Source: Picochlorum sp. SENEW3
Taxonomy: Eukaryota
NCBI GenBank assembly: GCA_034226945.1
Contig: CP120463.1
Location: forward strand, 434,001-498,000
Length of the DNA: 64,000 bases
Direction of reading: 5' to 3'
The position numbers and the translations under genes are program-made. This document shows, in pieces, positions 35,479-46,958 of the stretch. Under the pieces are notes generated by a model. That model made no database searches. It saw only the letters and a program-made list of their open reading frames with translations, and was not told the origin of the DNA. How positions within the stretch are numbered: the first letter of the stretch is position 1; every line of letters begins with the position of its first letter.

Positions 35479-36258
35479 GACATGCATGTGTGGTGTGCAA
35501 TTCTTGGGATACATGTATACCATGTGCACGTGATTTTGTATGCAACGTTCGTCACACATGCTATGGGATAATTGCCAGATGGATGTATCATATGCACAAC
35601 AATAGGTTGTACGCAATCATGGCCTGGCATGTACAAATGCATGGAGAGATTCGCACCCCAAGCCAAACAAACATACATCTTCTCCGAACCAGTTTTGAAC
35701 ACACCGAAGAAAGTTATACTGCCATACATACATCATTACTGTAAAAAACCATCCATGATACATTAGGAGACACCCAATCGAGAAGCGCCGAAACAAGTGC
35801 AATGCATGAGGCGCGTGCTCATGCATCGGCGATGCGCCTCGTTGCCTCGAAGTTCGCAGCACGGACTGCCTCGATCGATCTATCCAAGAAATACCCATCA
35901 AAGAGCGGTTGGTCAACAGAAAAGGTTGAATCCCCTCATATCCAGCATATTCTAATATATATTTTACGTGTAAGCTTCAATTCAAGCTTTTCGGAGACAT
36001 TGGCGTAGGAATCCATTCATTCCACGTCGATATCCTGACACGTACAGAGACTCGGGTGGTAGAGCGAGGATACCCTTACTCACCACTGTTGATAATACGC
36101 TTCTGATTCTATCTATTGTAGATTCTATATATCGATTCACTTTGTGAATACGGAGGTGAACCAGTTGCATTGAGATTGAGAGGAGCAACCGGACATTGAG
36201 ATACAACCCAACCACCAGAGCGATATCGCTTCAGAAACAAACGTTAACAAGAGAGATC

Positions 36259-37359
36259 ATGGGGAGAGGAAAGCGTAGTAGAGGATCCACGTTTCAGGAT
36301 GATGATCCTGATTTTGCTCCATGCGGTAAATTGATGGGGAAGAGAATGTATGCAGAGGCTGAGCTTGGGAAAGGGTATCGAGGCGTGACTCATCACATCA
36401 GGACGAATAGATTCGAGGCACACCTGTGGGAGAATGGAAAGCAGCTCTATCTTGGTGGATATGATTCTGCACATCTAGCTGCCTTGGCATTTGATATTGC
36501 TGCCATTCGCTATAGAGGGGAGCAGGCGGTTACAAATTACGATCAAAAATGGTACACTGGACTGTATGAGACACTGAAAAAGTACACACCCGAGGCTATT
36601 GTTGCAGGTCTCAGAAGGCATTCTAAAGGAGAATCTGTACAAAGCTCTATTTTCAAAGGAGTTACTCGGCATCAAAAAGGACGCTGGGAGGCACGTATTG
36701 GTCAAACTCAGGGTAAAAAGTACCAGTACTTGGGACTGCACGATACCGAAGTCCAGGCTGCCAAGGCATACGATAAGGCAGCAATTGAACGTAATGGTGT
36801 TTCTGCGGTGACAAATTTTCATCTAGTATGCTATTTGGATACACTGAAAGAGGAACAAAAGAAGGAAGCACTGAAAAAGAAGATAATTACAGAGGAGGAT
36901 ATTGCAAACCATCAAAGGATGCAAGGTGGGGAGGAGGAGACAGAGAAAGAAAGCGATGCTATTCCCGAGGTTGAGAAGCTTCATATTAACGACAAGGATG
37001 AGAATTTGCCTGATGTTGAGCAGATCGAGAGAAGGACCACCACCACGACAGAGGATGCTCTTGCTGGGGTCCTGTTTGATACTGTCGTCAAGGGTGAGAT
37101 CACAGATCTGTCTCCACAGACTGTTCTGCCAGATAAAACAAAAAGTGCTATTCCTCTTGAAGGTGCTTCTGCCACGAAGCCATCAAGGGGACCGAAAATT
37201 ATCCCCAGGAGCTCCTTGGGCGATGGTGGAGAGGCAGAGTGGCCTCTTGATGGAACCACGATGCCCTCTCCAACTGTCCTTGCGGGCTTGGGGAAGAAGC
37301 TTGACGAGCATTGTGCGGCTGAAAATGGTTGTGCTGTGGCGAGAAATCTCTTTGCCTGA
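36259..37359 (+). CDS. AP2-subfamily transcription factor with two AP2 repeats (euAP2-like)
   Basis: [30 protein letters not shown], linker [39 protein letters not shown]...[16 protein letters not shown]. Confidence 0.92.
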   Translation: MGRGKRSRGSTFQDDDPDFAPCGKLMGKRMYAEAELGKGYRGVTHHIRTNRFEAHLWENGKQLYLGGYDSAHLAALAFDIAAIRYRGEQAVTNYDQKWYTGLYETLKKYTPEAIVAGLRRHSKGESVQSSIFKGVTRHQKGRWEARIGQTQGKKYQYLGLHDTEVQAAKAYDKAAIERNGVSAVTNFHLVCYLDTLKEEQKKEALKKKIITEEDIANHQRMQGGEEETEKESDAIPEVEKLHINDKDENLPDVEQIERRTTTTTEDALAGVLFDTVVKGEITDLSPQTVLPDKTKSAIPLEGASATKPSRGPKIIPRSSLGDGGEAEWPLDGTTMPSPTVLAGLGKKLDEHCAAENGCAVARNLFA

Positions 37360-37460
37360 TCTACATTGAATTGTCACGTCCTTGTAATTGTATATGAAGG
37401 ACAGTATTAATCTCTCATTGTAATTGTAAAAATTAAACACAGTACACAACGTTACAGTTT

Positions 37461-40175
37461 TCAAGTAGTCAATTGTGAACGAACAACGTGCAAGGTTAAT
37501 TTGCATGATGATGCTTCTGCAAGCTGCAGTTTTGGCAACACTGCCTGAAGAGCAGATGCAACTTGTTGCAACACAGGCTTGACATGTGTTGCAATAGAGT
37601 GATCTGAGGGGTTGATGGCCAAAGCAGCTTCCCTAATCCACTGTAACTTGATAGCAGTTCCTTGATTAAGGTCGGCAGATAGCTGTTGCAGGAGGCTCAA
37701 AAGCACCATTTGTGACAGAGCAGGAGGAGACTGTGATAGGACTGTTGGAGCATCGATGCTGGAACACAACCAGTATACTAGTGATAGGTCTTGCAGAGAC
37801 AACGCTTTCGAAAATGCTTCCTCAATCTTTCCATGGCGAATCAAGCCCTGCAATTCGGCCTTGTAGTCATGGGGCTTTGCAGTTCCCATGCTACTGGCTG
37901 TTGAAGTTGAATGTGCTTTTTGTAAAGGGGATTCGCCCTGATTCTCAAGCATTGCTCTAGTTGTCTCCAATGTGCTTTGAATGGATTGAGAGAGCTCAAG
38001 CATATCATTTCTGGATGTATCCGAATGCTCTTTGAATCCTCTGATGAGTGAGTCATCCAACTGATGTGTCATTGTCTTGCAGGCTGATTCAAATGCAGGA
38101 ACAATCTGCTTCAAGAATGTTTGCCTAAACGAATCCTGGATTGGCTTTGACAATCCTTGCTGTACAGCGGTTGACAAAGTCTTGTCCAGGGAAGTTTTTA
38201 CAGCACCCATGGCTTCTTTTGGAAGGATAGTTCGGATAGATTCCTTTGTTGCCACTTGAACAGAGGATGCCAGACTACCCTGCAATCCCTTGATTTCCGA
38301 TTTGATCTGTGAGGTGATCTTCTTATCAAGAGATTTTGTCAATTTCTGAATCTGATCATCGACATGTTTCCTGTGATCTTTCAATGACCTTTCGATATGT
38401 TTCCTTTCCTTTGAAGCATTTTTCTCAATTTCCCTGCTTATCAGATTAAAGAGTGTGCCCAGCGATGCATCAGCGCCTGTCAATTCCAAAGGCACTGATC
38501 TCACTCCACCATTTGTTGTCTCATGGGTGCTCTTCTGCACCTCGTACGATGTTTCCTCCTCCCCATCGCTCTCCTCTTTCTGATCTTTTGCTTCTGCTTG
38601 CTGCTCTTTCCGTATCTCAACTGCCGTTGTTTCCTTCACAAGAGGCTTTGCTGTTGGTATCTTTTCCCCGCGTTTCAAAATCTTTATAGGTGCGGCCTGT
38701 TCAGACTGGGAGGATATTATATCCGAGGGCGTCAGCAATTTGGATTGCGTCATATCCTCTTCTTCTTCTTCCTCTTGCTGTTCTTCTTCTTTTTCTTCCT
38801 CTTCTTCTTCTTGCTCCTCTTCGGCTGCTCCATCCTCCTGCTGCACGTGCTCTGCTGCTGCTTCTTCTTCCAAACCTTCCTCAACCGGCACCACCACATC
38901 CTTTGGCAAATACCGATCAACATCAATATAATATTGTTGCACCGCATCCGTTTGAACACAATTCACTTCCAAACCTCCCTTCCCAGCCTCCACACTCTGT
39001 TGATTCCAGAACGCACAGACACTCAACACAGGCTTGCCCACAGTAAACTTGACCAACACATCAAACGTGCCATCCTCACCAAACGTCAATACATACAAAC
39101 TCTTGTTCCTGCAGTCCGCCAGCACAGCGACCCGTTTCTCCACAACATATGATGTATGCACAAATGGTTGAGGATCAGCTGACAATGCCATCTCACGCCG
39201 AGGCACCAACGTCCCATCTGCCTCCAGCACAAACATCATCTTCTTCGACCCTTCCTTCAATGACACCATCAGCCCACGTCGATCCACCCAATCCACTCGA
39301 TCCACATGCTCGCCAATAATAACATTCTGACAACACTGCTCCCCTGATCCAACATTCCTCACCACATACACCCTTCCTCGCCTACCCCCAATCGCCAAAA
39401 CACCTTGACTCGACACCGATATACTCGTGGCTACATCTTGCAACGGAAACTCTCCAATCCTCGTGCCATATGGAGCAGGATCCAGAGGATCCACATCACA
39501 TAGTGATGATCCCTTCTCCACAATATCAATCACCATGACAGCGTTCCCGACACCCACAACCATCCGATTCTCATCAAAAGGACACACAAGAACCTCACAC
39601 TCCTCACATCCCGGTGAAAAGACGAGAGACATGAGACAATCAACCTGCAACGCATTCTCATCATCCGTCGCCTGAACTTTCCACACGAATACCCTCCCGT
39701 CCATGCCTCCGGCAGCCACAATAGACGCTGATACAAAACACATGTGTGAAACAGGACCAGTATGCCCTTTCAACAACGCCCTCGCCTCAGAATATCGGTG
39801 TAAAACGCGAACATGACCCTGTTTCAGACCGTACGTAATAAACTCATCATTCACCGCAATCGACTCCACCATTGACTCGGTATATTCTGATGCAATCCGT
39901 GTAACAGGATTTGCTGCCACATCAAACGATTCCAGAGAAGACACCTCCACGCTTGCCTGTTTGATACCACCCTCACTCTGAGACTTGGAAACACCTTCAA
40001 TATCAAATACATTCGCATCACCTCGGCCACTCTGACCTTCCACCTCCTCTTCAATATCCTGTTCAACCACATGGACCGCAGCCATGCTCACAGAGAACTG
40101 CGTATGCTCGTCACCTTTGCTTGACTCTCCCCCGCGGGTGGACGAGGAGGAAGACATTGTCCCTTGCTGTACCAT
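37461..40175 (-). CDS. EDC4: enhancer of mRNA decapping 4 / VARICOSE
   Basis: N-terminal WD40 (IAVNDEFITYGLKQGHVRVL...RALLKGH; CVQTDAVQQY), LLTPSDI, IVPAFESAC, C-terminal LSQMVLLSLLQQLSADL. Confidence 0.9.
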   Translation of the reverse strand: MVQQGTMSSSSSTRGGESSKGDEHTQFSVSMAAVHVVEQDIEEEVEGQSGRGDANVFDIEGVSKSQSEGGIKQASVEVSSLESFDVAANPVTRIASEYTESMVESIAVNDEFITYGLKQGHVRVLHRYSEARALLKGHTGPVSHMCFVSASIVAAGGMDGRVFVWKVQATDDENALQVDCLMSLVFSPGCEECEVLVCPFDENRMVVGVGNAVMVIDIVEKGSSLCDVDPLDPAPYGTRIGEFPLQDVATSISVSSQGVLAIGGRRGRVYVVRNVGSGEQCCQNVIIGEHVDRVDWVDRRGLMVSLKEGSKKMMFVLEADGTLVPRREMALSADPQPFVHTSYVVEKRVAVLADCRNKSLYVLTFGEDGTFDVLVKFTVGKPVLSVCAFWNQQSVEAGKGGLEVNCVQTDAVQQYYIDVDRYLPKDVVVPVEEGLEEEAAAEHVQQEDGAAEEEQEEEEEEKEEEQQEEEEEEDMTQSKLLTPSDIISSQSEQAAPIKILKRGEKIPTAKPLVKETTAVEIRKEQQAEAKDQKEESDGEEETSYEVQKSTHETTNGGVRSVPLELTGADASLGTLFNLISREIEKNASKERKHIERSLKDHRKHVDDQIQKLTKSLDKKITSQIKSEIKGLQGSLASSVQVATKESIRTILPKEAMGAVKTSLDKTLSTAVQQGLSKPIQDSFRQTFLKQIVPAFESACKTMTHQLDDSLIRGFKEHSDTSRNDMLELSQSIQSTLETTRAMLENQGESPLQKAHSTSTASSMGTAKPHDYKAELQGLIRHGKIEEAFSKALSLQDLSLVYWLCSSIDAPTVLSQSPPALSQMVLLSLLQQLSADLNQGTAIKLQWIREAALAINPSDHSIATHVKPVLQQVASALQAVLPKLQLAEASSCKLTLHVVRSQLTT

Positions 40176-40563
40176 ACTCGTCTCGTATGAACTAGTATCT
40201 ATGTCTATGTTGTTTTTTGAAAAGGCACTGTATCAGTAGCCTCGCAATCGTGCATGCGATTGTCATGCAGATTTTATTTTTATTCTATTATATTACGGCG
40301 AGTGCCACGCCGTGGGCGTACGCCCATGGCCATTCCATGGGAAAATTCAGCAGACCCATCTCGAAAGATTTCAAAATATATAAACCATAGAGTACCAATA
40401 GGTCGATAGTTGAAAGAAAAGGAGGAAGAAGAAACTGAGAAGTAGGATTCTTCGTGAAAGGACCAGAAAGAAGAACCTCCTTTTTTTCCTTGTCATCTAC
40501 AGAGGTGGAGGGTCACGTGTCAGCGCTGTGGAGCCCATTCCTACTGATATTGTTGATTGAAAT

Positions 40564-43500
40564 ATGACTGCAGCATCTCCCCCTATGGGGGTTCAAGAGA
40601 TTGTATCGGTACGCGGTGAACTGATGATGATCCGGTCACGCGATCGTTCAAGATTGATTGATTGTCGTTGGTGGAGACTTGATGGCATTGGATTCATTCA
40701 TGAGGGGTTTATATGTGTGCAGTTGAGTTCTCTTGGGATTCAAGGATCGTCTATAACGTTTGCGAATGTGACGTTGGAGTCTGACAAGTATGTGTGTGTG
40801 AGGGAGACGAGTCCTCAGAATCAGCTGGTGATTGTGGATCTGTCAAACCCATCCTCTCCGCAGAGGAGGCCTATATCTGCCGACAGTGCGATTATGAATC
40901 CAAAGAGTCAGATTATTGCATTGAAGGCAAAGGTGGAGGGTGTTGGTGGTGATAATCTTCAGGTGTTTAATTTGGGAACAAAGCAAAAGCTCAAGGCTAT
41001 TCAGTTCACTGAGAATGTGGTGTTTTGGAAGTGGTATGATGAGGATCATTTGGGGTTGGTGACTGCGACGTCGGTGTATCACTGGAACATTCGAGATGAG
41101 GATTCAAAGCCAGAAAAGGTATTTGATCGGGCGAGTAATCTGGAGAATACGCAGATTATTAGTTATCGGGTGGACCCGACTGGAAAGTGGTGTGTGCTTG
41201 TTGGTATTGCTCCGGGAGCGCCGGAGAGGCCTCAATTGGTGAAGGGGGCGATGCAGTTGTATTCTGTGGAGCAGCAGAGGAGTCAGGCGTTGGAGGCTCA
41301 TGCTGCGGCATTTTGCATGCTCAAATTGCCTGGAAAGACAGGAGAAGTTCCTGTGATTGCATTTGCGCAGAAAAAGCTGGTTGATGGGGCACCAGTGTCG
41401 AAATTACATGTGATTGAGTTGGGGCAGCCAGGGCAGACGTCTTTGAAGAAGAATGCAGACTTGTTCTTTCCTCCAGAGTTTGCTGATGACTTCCCAGTGT
41501 CGATGCAGATCGGTCCACGATATGGACTGGTGTATATTGTGACCAAGATGGGATTGTTGTTTGTGTATGATGTGGAAACAGCAGCTCCAGTGTATAGAAC
41601 ACGGTTCTCTCAGGATCCCATTTTTGTGGCTGCTGCTTCTGAGAATTCTGGTTTTGTGGCGATCAATAGAAAGGGTCAGGTGTTGAAGGGTAGTGTGAAC
41701 GATAGTTCTATCGTCGGATTCCTTTCTGATCAGCTGAAGAGTATTGACCTGGCCCTGGCTCTGGCAAGACGGGCAAATCTTCCAGGGGCGGATGATTTGG
41801 TGAAGCAGAATTTCCAGAGGCTGTTTACATCTGGACAGTATAAGGAAGCCGCTGAACTGGCTGCCGATTCTCCTCAAGGAATTCTTCGTACCAAGGAAAC
41901 CGTGGAGAGTTTCAAAAGGGTGCCTGCTCAGGCTGGTGTCCAGTCTCCATTGCTTGTGTATTTTGGACGCATTTTGACCACAAGTTCTTTGAATGAATTC
42001 GAGTCTGTCGAGCTCGGAAAGTTGGTTGTGGCTCAAAAAAAGAAGAATTTGCTCGATAAGTGGTATCAGGAGAAGAAGTTGGCGCCCAGTGAGGAACTTG
42101 GAAACCTGTTCAAGGATGAACAGGATTGGGACAATGCTCTGGATATTTACAAGGCTATCGGAGCTAGTGGTCGTATTGTTGAAGTGCTTGCCGCCAAGGG
42201 TGACTTTGAACAACTGATGACGTACACTAGATCATCAGGGGCCAGTCCAGATTATGCATTCTTGTTGCAAAAGCTGATGATGGATAATCCAGATGCCGCG
42301 GTGAACTTGGCAAAGATGGTTGTTCGTCAGCCAGGTGTTCAGATGGATTTGAACACCATTGCTGATTTGTTCTTGCAGAGAAATATGGTGAAGGAAGCAA
42401 CTGCATTCCTCTTGGATGCATTGCAGGATGATGATCCAAAGCATGCTGCTCTGCAAACAAAGGTCATTGAAATCAATTTGCTGACAAACCCACAGGTTGC
42501 TGATGCCATTCTGGCAAATGGCACAATGACACATTATGACAAGCCGAGAATCGCTCAGTTATGTGAAAAGGCGGGCTTGTATATGAGAGCATTGCAGCTC
42601 TATTCTGACCTCTCTGATATCAAGAGAGTGATTGTGAATACGCATGCTATTGAGCCAGCAGCCTTGACAGAGTTCTTTGGTACATTGAGTGCGGAATGGG
42701 CCCTTGAATGCTTGAAAATATTACTCGAATCCAATATGCAGCAAAATTTGAGCATTGTGGTGGACGTTGCCAAGGAATACACTGAGCAACTGACAGCCGG
42801 GAAGATTATTGAACTATTGGAGTCCCATGAGTCGTACCCAGGCTTGTACTTCTATCTTGGATCACGTATTGCATTCTCTGAAGACCCAGAAGAGCATTTC
42901 AAATACATTGAAGCTGCAGCTAAAACTGGTCAGGTCAAGGAAGTGGAGCGAGTTACTCGAGAGTCCAACTTTTATCCACCTGAACGTGTGAAGACCTTTT
43001 TAATGGAGGCAAATCTACCAGATGCCCGCCCTCTTATCAATGTTTGTGATAGGCATGATATGGTGCATGACCTGACCAAGTATCTTCACGAGAAGGGCAT
43101 GCAGCGATATATTGAGGGCTACGTACAAAAAGTGTCTCCTCAGAAGACTCCAGCAGTCGTTGGTGCTCTTTTGGATGTGGATGCAGATGACGAATTCGTT
43201 AAGAACTTGATATTGAGTGTTCGAAGTTTGGTCCCCGTGGATGATCTTGTGGATGAGGTGGAAAGCAGGAACAAACTGGGTCTGCTCACACCACTTTTGG
43301 AACAGCTTGTATCTGAGGGCAGCAAAGATCCCAAGGTCCACAATGCTCTTGGAAAGATATTAATCGATTCTAACAACAATCCAGAGCACTTTTTGACCAC
43401 GAATCCGTACTATGAGTCCGCCGTGGTCGGAAAGTTTGCTGAGAGGAGGGACCCAGGGCTTGCATGCATTGCCTACAAGAGAGGCCAGTGCGATGACGAA

Positions 43501-45720
43501 TTGGTCGAGTGCTCTTCAAAGCATGCAATGTTCAAGCTTCAGGCTCGCTACATTGTAGACAGGCAAGATATGGATCTGTGGACAAAGGTTTTGACAGAGG
43601 ACAATCCAAACAGAAGGCAACTTATTGATCAGGTGGTTTCCACAGCTCTTCCAGAATGCAAGAATCCTGAGCAGGTTTCAGTGGCCGTGAAAGCATTCAT
43701 GGCGGCTGAACTTCAAACAGAGCTTATTGAATTGTTGGAAAAGATTGTACTCAACAATACTTCCTTCTCAAATAACCACAATCTGCAGAACCTCTTGGTT
43801 ATTACAGCAATTAAATCTGACCCATCGCGAGTGAAGGATTATATCTTGAGGCTTGATAACTTTGATGGGCCAGCAGTTGGTGAAATAGCAGTCGGATACG
43901 AGCTTTTTGAGGAAGCGTTTGAAATTTATCGCAAGTTTGGATTGAAATCTGATGCAGTCAAAGTCTTGCTGGAGAATATTGGTGACCTGAACAGAGCACA
44001 CGAGTTTGCCACCAAGATTGACGAGCCAGAAGTTTGGGCAGAGCTTGCCAACTCGTACCTGGCAGCGGGACAGCTTGGAGAAGCAATTGCTGCGTACCTC
44101 AGAGCTTCCAACCCATCAAAATGGACTGATGTTATTGCCAAAGCAAAGGAGGTCGGGGAGTACAAGGATGTGCCAAAATACCTTTTGATGGTAAGGAAAA
44201 AGATCACGGATCCAACGATTGATACAGAATTAGTGTATGCATATGCTCGCAATCAGGATCTTGCATCATTGGAGGAATTCGTTGCTGGGCCAAATTCAGC
44301 AAACTTGTTGACTGCTGGAGATGCTGCTTTCAAAGAGGAAATATATGACGCTGCTCGTCTCATTTACTCAAAGATCCCCAACTGGGGAAAGCTTGCGTCC
44401 ACTCTTGTCAAGCTTCATGAGTATCAGCAAGCGGTGGATGCTGCAAGAAAGGCAAACTCGGCAAAGTGCTGGAAGGAAGTTTGCTATGCCTGTGTGGAGG
44501 AGAATGAGTTCAAGTTGGCCCAGCTTTGTGCTTTGAATATCATAGTCACAGCAGATGATTTGGCTGAGATCTCTGCCTTCTATCAAGAGAGAGGTCATAC
44601 CGAGCAACTCATATCCCTTCTTGAAAGCGGGATTGGTCTTGAGAAGGCCCACATGGGAATCTTCACGGAATTGGGAGGCCTGTATGCAAGATTCAAGCCT
44701 GAAAAGTTGATGGAGCATCTCAAGCTTTTCTCAACTAGAATTAATGTGCCTCAGCTTATTCGTATCTGCGAAGAGAGAGAGTTATGGAAGGAGCTGACAT
44801 TCCTCTATGTACAATATGATGAGTATGACAATGCTCTTGGCGTGATGATCTCTCACTCATCTACTGCTTGGGAACATATCCAGTTCAAAGACGTTGCAGT
44901 CAAAGTGAAAGCAGCAGAGACACTGTACAAGGGTATCACATTCTATCTTGATGAACACCCCGACTTGTTGAATGACCTCTTGAAGGTGATTGAAGCCCGT
45001 ATCGATCACAGCCGTGTTGTGGAAATCATGAAGCGGGCTGGACAGCTGGCTCTTGTGAAACAGTATCTCTTGGGAGTTCAAAAGAACAATCTGAGTGCAG
45101 TTAACGAAGCGCTTAATGAGCTCTTCATTGCCGAGGAGGATCCAGAGGCCTTGCGTGAATCTATCACAACCTATGACAACTTTGACCAGCTGGAGCTGGC
45201 TGCGTCTTTGGAGCAGCACGAGCTCACAGAATTCCGCCGATTATCTGCATTAATCTATAAGAAGAATCTTAAATGGAAGAAAGCAGTCGCTCTCGCCAAA
45301 GCAGATAAGCTTTACAAGGATGCCATGGAGACTGCTGCACAGTCCGAGGATGCTGATCTTGCTGAAGATCTCCTACGGTATTTCATCGACGAGGATGTAC
45401 CAGAATGCTTTGCTGCATGCTTATACACCTGTTATGACTTGATTAGACCTGATGTTGCTCTGGAGCTTGCATGGAAGAACAAGATGATGGATACAGTGAT
45501 GCCATACATGATCCAGACTATGAAAGATCTCACAACCAAGGTTGATCTTCTCATGAAAGATAGACGAGAAGCACAGGAAGCTAGCAAGGCTGGAGAAGAG
45601 GAAAGGAAAGCCCAAGAACAAGCGGCGAATGCCTATTTGCACCTCAACTCCTATCTCGCTCTTCCAGGTGCACAGCCTACGAGCAATGGACCAGGATTTG
45701 GAGGACCACCTCAGCTGTAA
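40564..45720 (+). CDS. CHC: clathrin heavy chain; in-frame intron 40609-40722
   Basis: [43 protein letters not shown] repeats, [24 protein letters not shown]. Confidence 0.98.
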   Translation: MTAASPPMGVQEIVSVRGELMMIRSRDRSRLIDCRWWRLDGIGFIHEGFICVQLSSLGIQGSSITFANVTLESDKYVCVRETSPQNQLVIVDLSNPSSPQRRPISADSAIMNPKSQIIALKAKVEGVGGDNLQVFNLGTKQKLKAIQFTENVVFWKWYDEDHLGLVTATSVYHWNIRDEDSKPEKVFDRASNLENTQIISYRVDPTGKWCVLVGIAPGAPERPQLVKGAMQLYSVEQQRSQALEAHAAAFCMLKLPGKTGEVPVIAFAQKKLVDGAPVSKLHVIELGQPGQTSLKKNADLFFPPEFADDFPVSMQIGPRYGLVYIVTKMGLLFVYDVETAAPVYRTRFSQDPIFVAAASENSGFVAINRKGQVLKGSVNDSSIVGFLSDQLKSIDLALALARRANLPGADDLVKQNFQRLFTSGQYKEAAELAADSPQGILRTKETVESFKRVPAQAGVQSPLLVYFGRILTTSSLNEFESVELGKLVVAQKKKNLLDKWYQEKKLAPSEELGNLFKDEQDWDNALDIYKAIGASGRIVEVLAAKGDFEQLMTYTRSSGASPDYAFLLQKLMMDNPDAAVNLAKMVVRQPGVQMDLNTIADLFLQRNMVKEATAFLLDALQDDDPKHAALQTKVIEINLLTNPQVADAILANGTMTHYDKPRIAQLCEKAGLYMRALQLYSDLSDIKRVIVNTHAIEPAALTEFFGTLSAEWALECLKILLESNMQQNLSIVVDVAKEYTEQLTAGKIIELLESHESYPGLYFYLGSRIAFSEDPEEHFKYIEAAAKTGQVKEVERVTRESNFYPPERVKTFLMEANLPDARPLINVCDRHDMVHDLTKYLHEKGMQRYIEGYVQKVSPQKTPAVVGALLDVDADDEFVKNLILSVRSLVPVDDLVDEVESRNKLGLLTPLLEQLVSEGSKDPKVHNALGKILIDSNNNPEHFLTTNPYYESAVVGKFAERRDPGLACIAYKRGQCDDELVECSSKHAMFKLQARYIVDRQDMDLWTKVLTEDNPNRRQLIDQVVSTALPECKNPEQVSVAVKAFMAAELQTELIELLEKIVLNNTSFSNNHNLQNLLVITAIKSDPSRVKDYILRLDNFDGPAVGEIAVGYELFEEAFEIYRKFGLKSDAVKVLLENIGDLNRAHEFATKIDEPEVWAELANSYLAAGQLGEAIAAYLRASNPSKWTDVIAKAKEVGEYKDVPKYLLMVRKKITDPTIDTELVYAYARNQDLASLEEFVAGPNSANLLTAGDAAFKEEIYDAARLIYSKIPNWGKLASTLVKLHEYQQAVDAARKANSAKCWKEVCYACVEENEFKLAQLCALNIIVTADDLAEISAFYQERGHTEQLISLLESGIGLEKAHMGIFTELGGLYARFKPEKLMEHLKLFSTRINVPQLIRICEERELWKELTFLYVQYDEYDNALGVMISHSSTAWEHIQFKDVAVKVKAAETLYKGITFYLDEHPDLLNDLLKVIEARIDHSRVVEIMKRAGQLALVKQYLLGVQKNNLSAVNEALNELFIAEEDPEALRESITTYDNFDQLELAASLEQHELTEFRRLSALIYKKNLKWKKAVALAKADKLYKDAMETAAQSEDADLAEDLLRYFIDEDVPECFAACLYTCYDLIRPDVALELAWKNKMMDTVMPYMIQTMKDLTTKVDLLMKDRREAQEASKAGEEERKAQEQAANAYLHLNSYLALPGAQPTSNGPGFGGPPQL

Positions 45721-45746
45721 TTTGGTTCAAACTAGTTCAAATATAT

Positions 45747-46619
45747 TTACATAGTGCTCGGAAATTTTGTAAGATCGATGACATGTAATGATTGCAAACA
45801 TGCTTCATCTCTTGACATGGCAATGATATGCATTGGTCCAGGAAACCCCTCACTGGCACATGCGCCAAGCTCACGTATCAGAAAACCACTTCTAGACACA
45901 TTATCTTTGAAGGTTTCAAACGACACATCCATACCGATAACTTCTGGTATGCCGGACGAATCCATCACCAATGAATTCCTCTCCTGATGTGTAATCAATA
46001 CCACACCATTCTCAGGACACAACACATGATCTATCGCCTGAACAAAATCAGGTATTATCTGACTAATATACATTACATCTGCAGCTAGTACGAGATCATA
46101 AGAGCACACGTGCTCTTTGGACAATGCCTCAAGCTTCTTCCAGTCCAAAAGCAACCCCTGGCATACATCCCCTAACCCACACTCTTTGGCATTCTCATGG
46201 GCGTGATCCACCACTCGCTGATCATAATCACTAATATATGCTTTTGAAGCCCCACATTTGGCCGCAATGAGACAGGGAAGCCCTACACCAGCTCCCAGCT
46301 CTATAATATTCTTGCCAACTGCTACATCTGGATGCTCAGCAATATACTCACACAACCGCACGGCCGCAGGCCAGATGTCTAAACCTAACAAATCAAGATC
46401 ACCATCTACAGCTATCACGTCATCTTCATCAGAGTCGCTCGCGAACCCTCCCCCAAAACCTTGCAAAGAGTTGTACAAATCCCTCTTTGGCACTTGAACA
46501 GTCAGTTTAAAATTAGCAGTCTTGCTGACAGATTTTCGGCAACGTATCGATATTTCATGACCACCAAAACAGAATGTATTCACTTCCAATCCCGTATCTG
46601 GCTGGCTCGAGTCCCCCAT
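45747..46619 (-). CDS. family-16 (METTL21/EEF2KMT-like) protein methyltransferase
   Basis: GLDIWPAAVRL, IIELGAGVGLP, LDW, YDLVLAADVMY (DxxY motif). Confidence 0.88.
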   Translation of the reverse strand: MGDSSQPDTGLEVNTFCFGGHEISIRCRKSVSKTANFKLTVQVPKRDLYNSLQGFGGGFASDSDEDDVIAVDGDLDLLGLDIWPAAVRLCEYIAEHPDVAVGKNIIELGAGVGLPCLIAAKCGASKAYISDYDQRVVDHAHENAKECGLGDVCQGLLLDWKKLEALSKEHVCSYDLVLAADVMYISQIIPDFVQAIDHVLCPENGVVLITHQERNSLVMDSSGIPEVIGMDVSFETFKDNVSRSGFLIRELGACASEGFPGPMHIIAMSRDEACLQSLHVIDLTKFPSTM

Positions 46620-46958
46620 GCCGTTTCAACGTTTCAGATTAATTTCTGCATGCAGTACCAAAGCCAAGATACCTTTCAACACGACCGAAAGCCCCTCCTA
46701 AAGGATACTTGGATGCAATAGTAATGTATAGGTTCCATGCATTGTCAAATTATGCGTGGTAATACGTTTTCATGGCGACTCACTCCTTAAAAAGAAGTAA
46801 GAAAGAGACCCTTTCAAAAAGAAAGGAACAAAAGCCACACTTGTTTCGCAGATTCGCCTATTCGAAATACATTAGTATACACAAAAACAACGATCGGTGT
46901 TATAAAAGGGTGGAAAGATGTGTATATTCGTCGCTGCATTGAAATTTTGAAATAAAAC

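Noticed and set aside
38523..39152. Hydrophobic Phe/Leu-rich + strand ORF (and similar ORFs at 15183-15486)
   Set aside because: Antisense translation of poly-Glu/Lys tracts in EDC4 and the USP gene.
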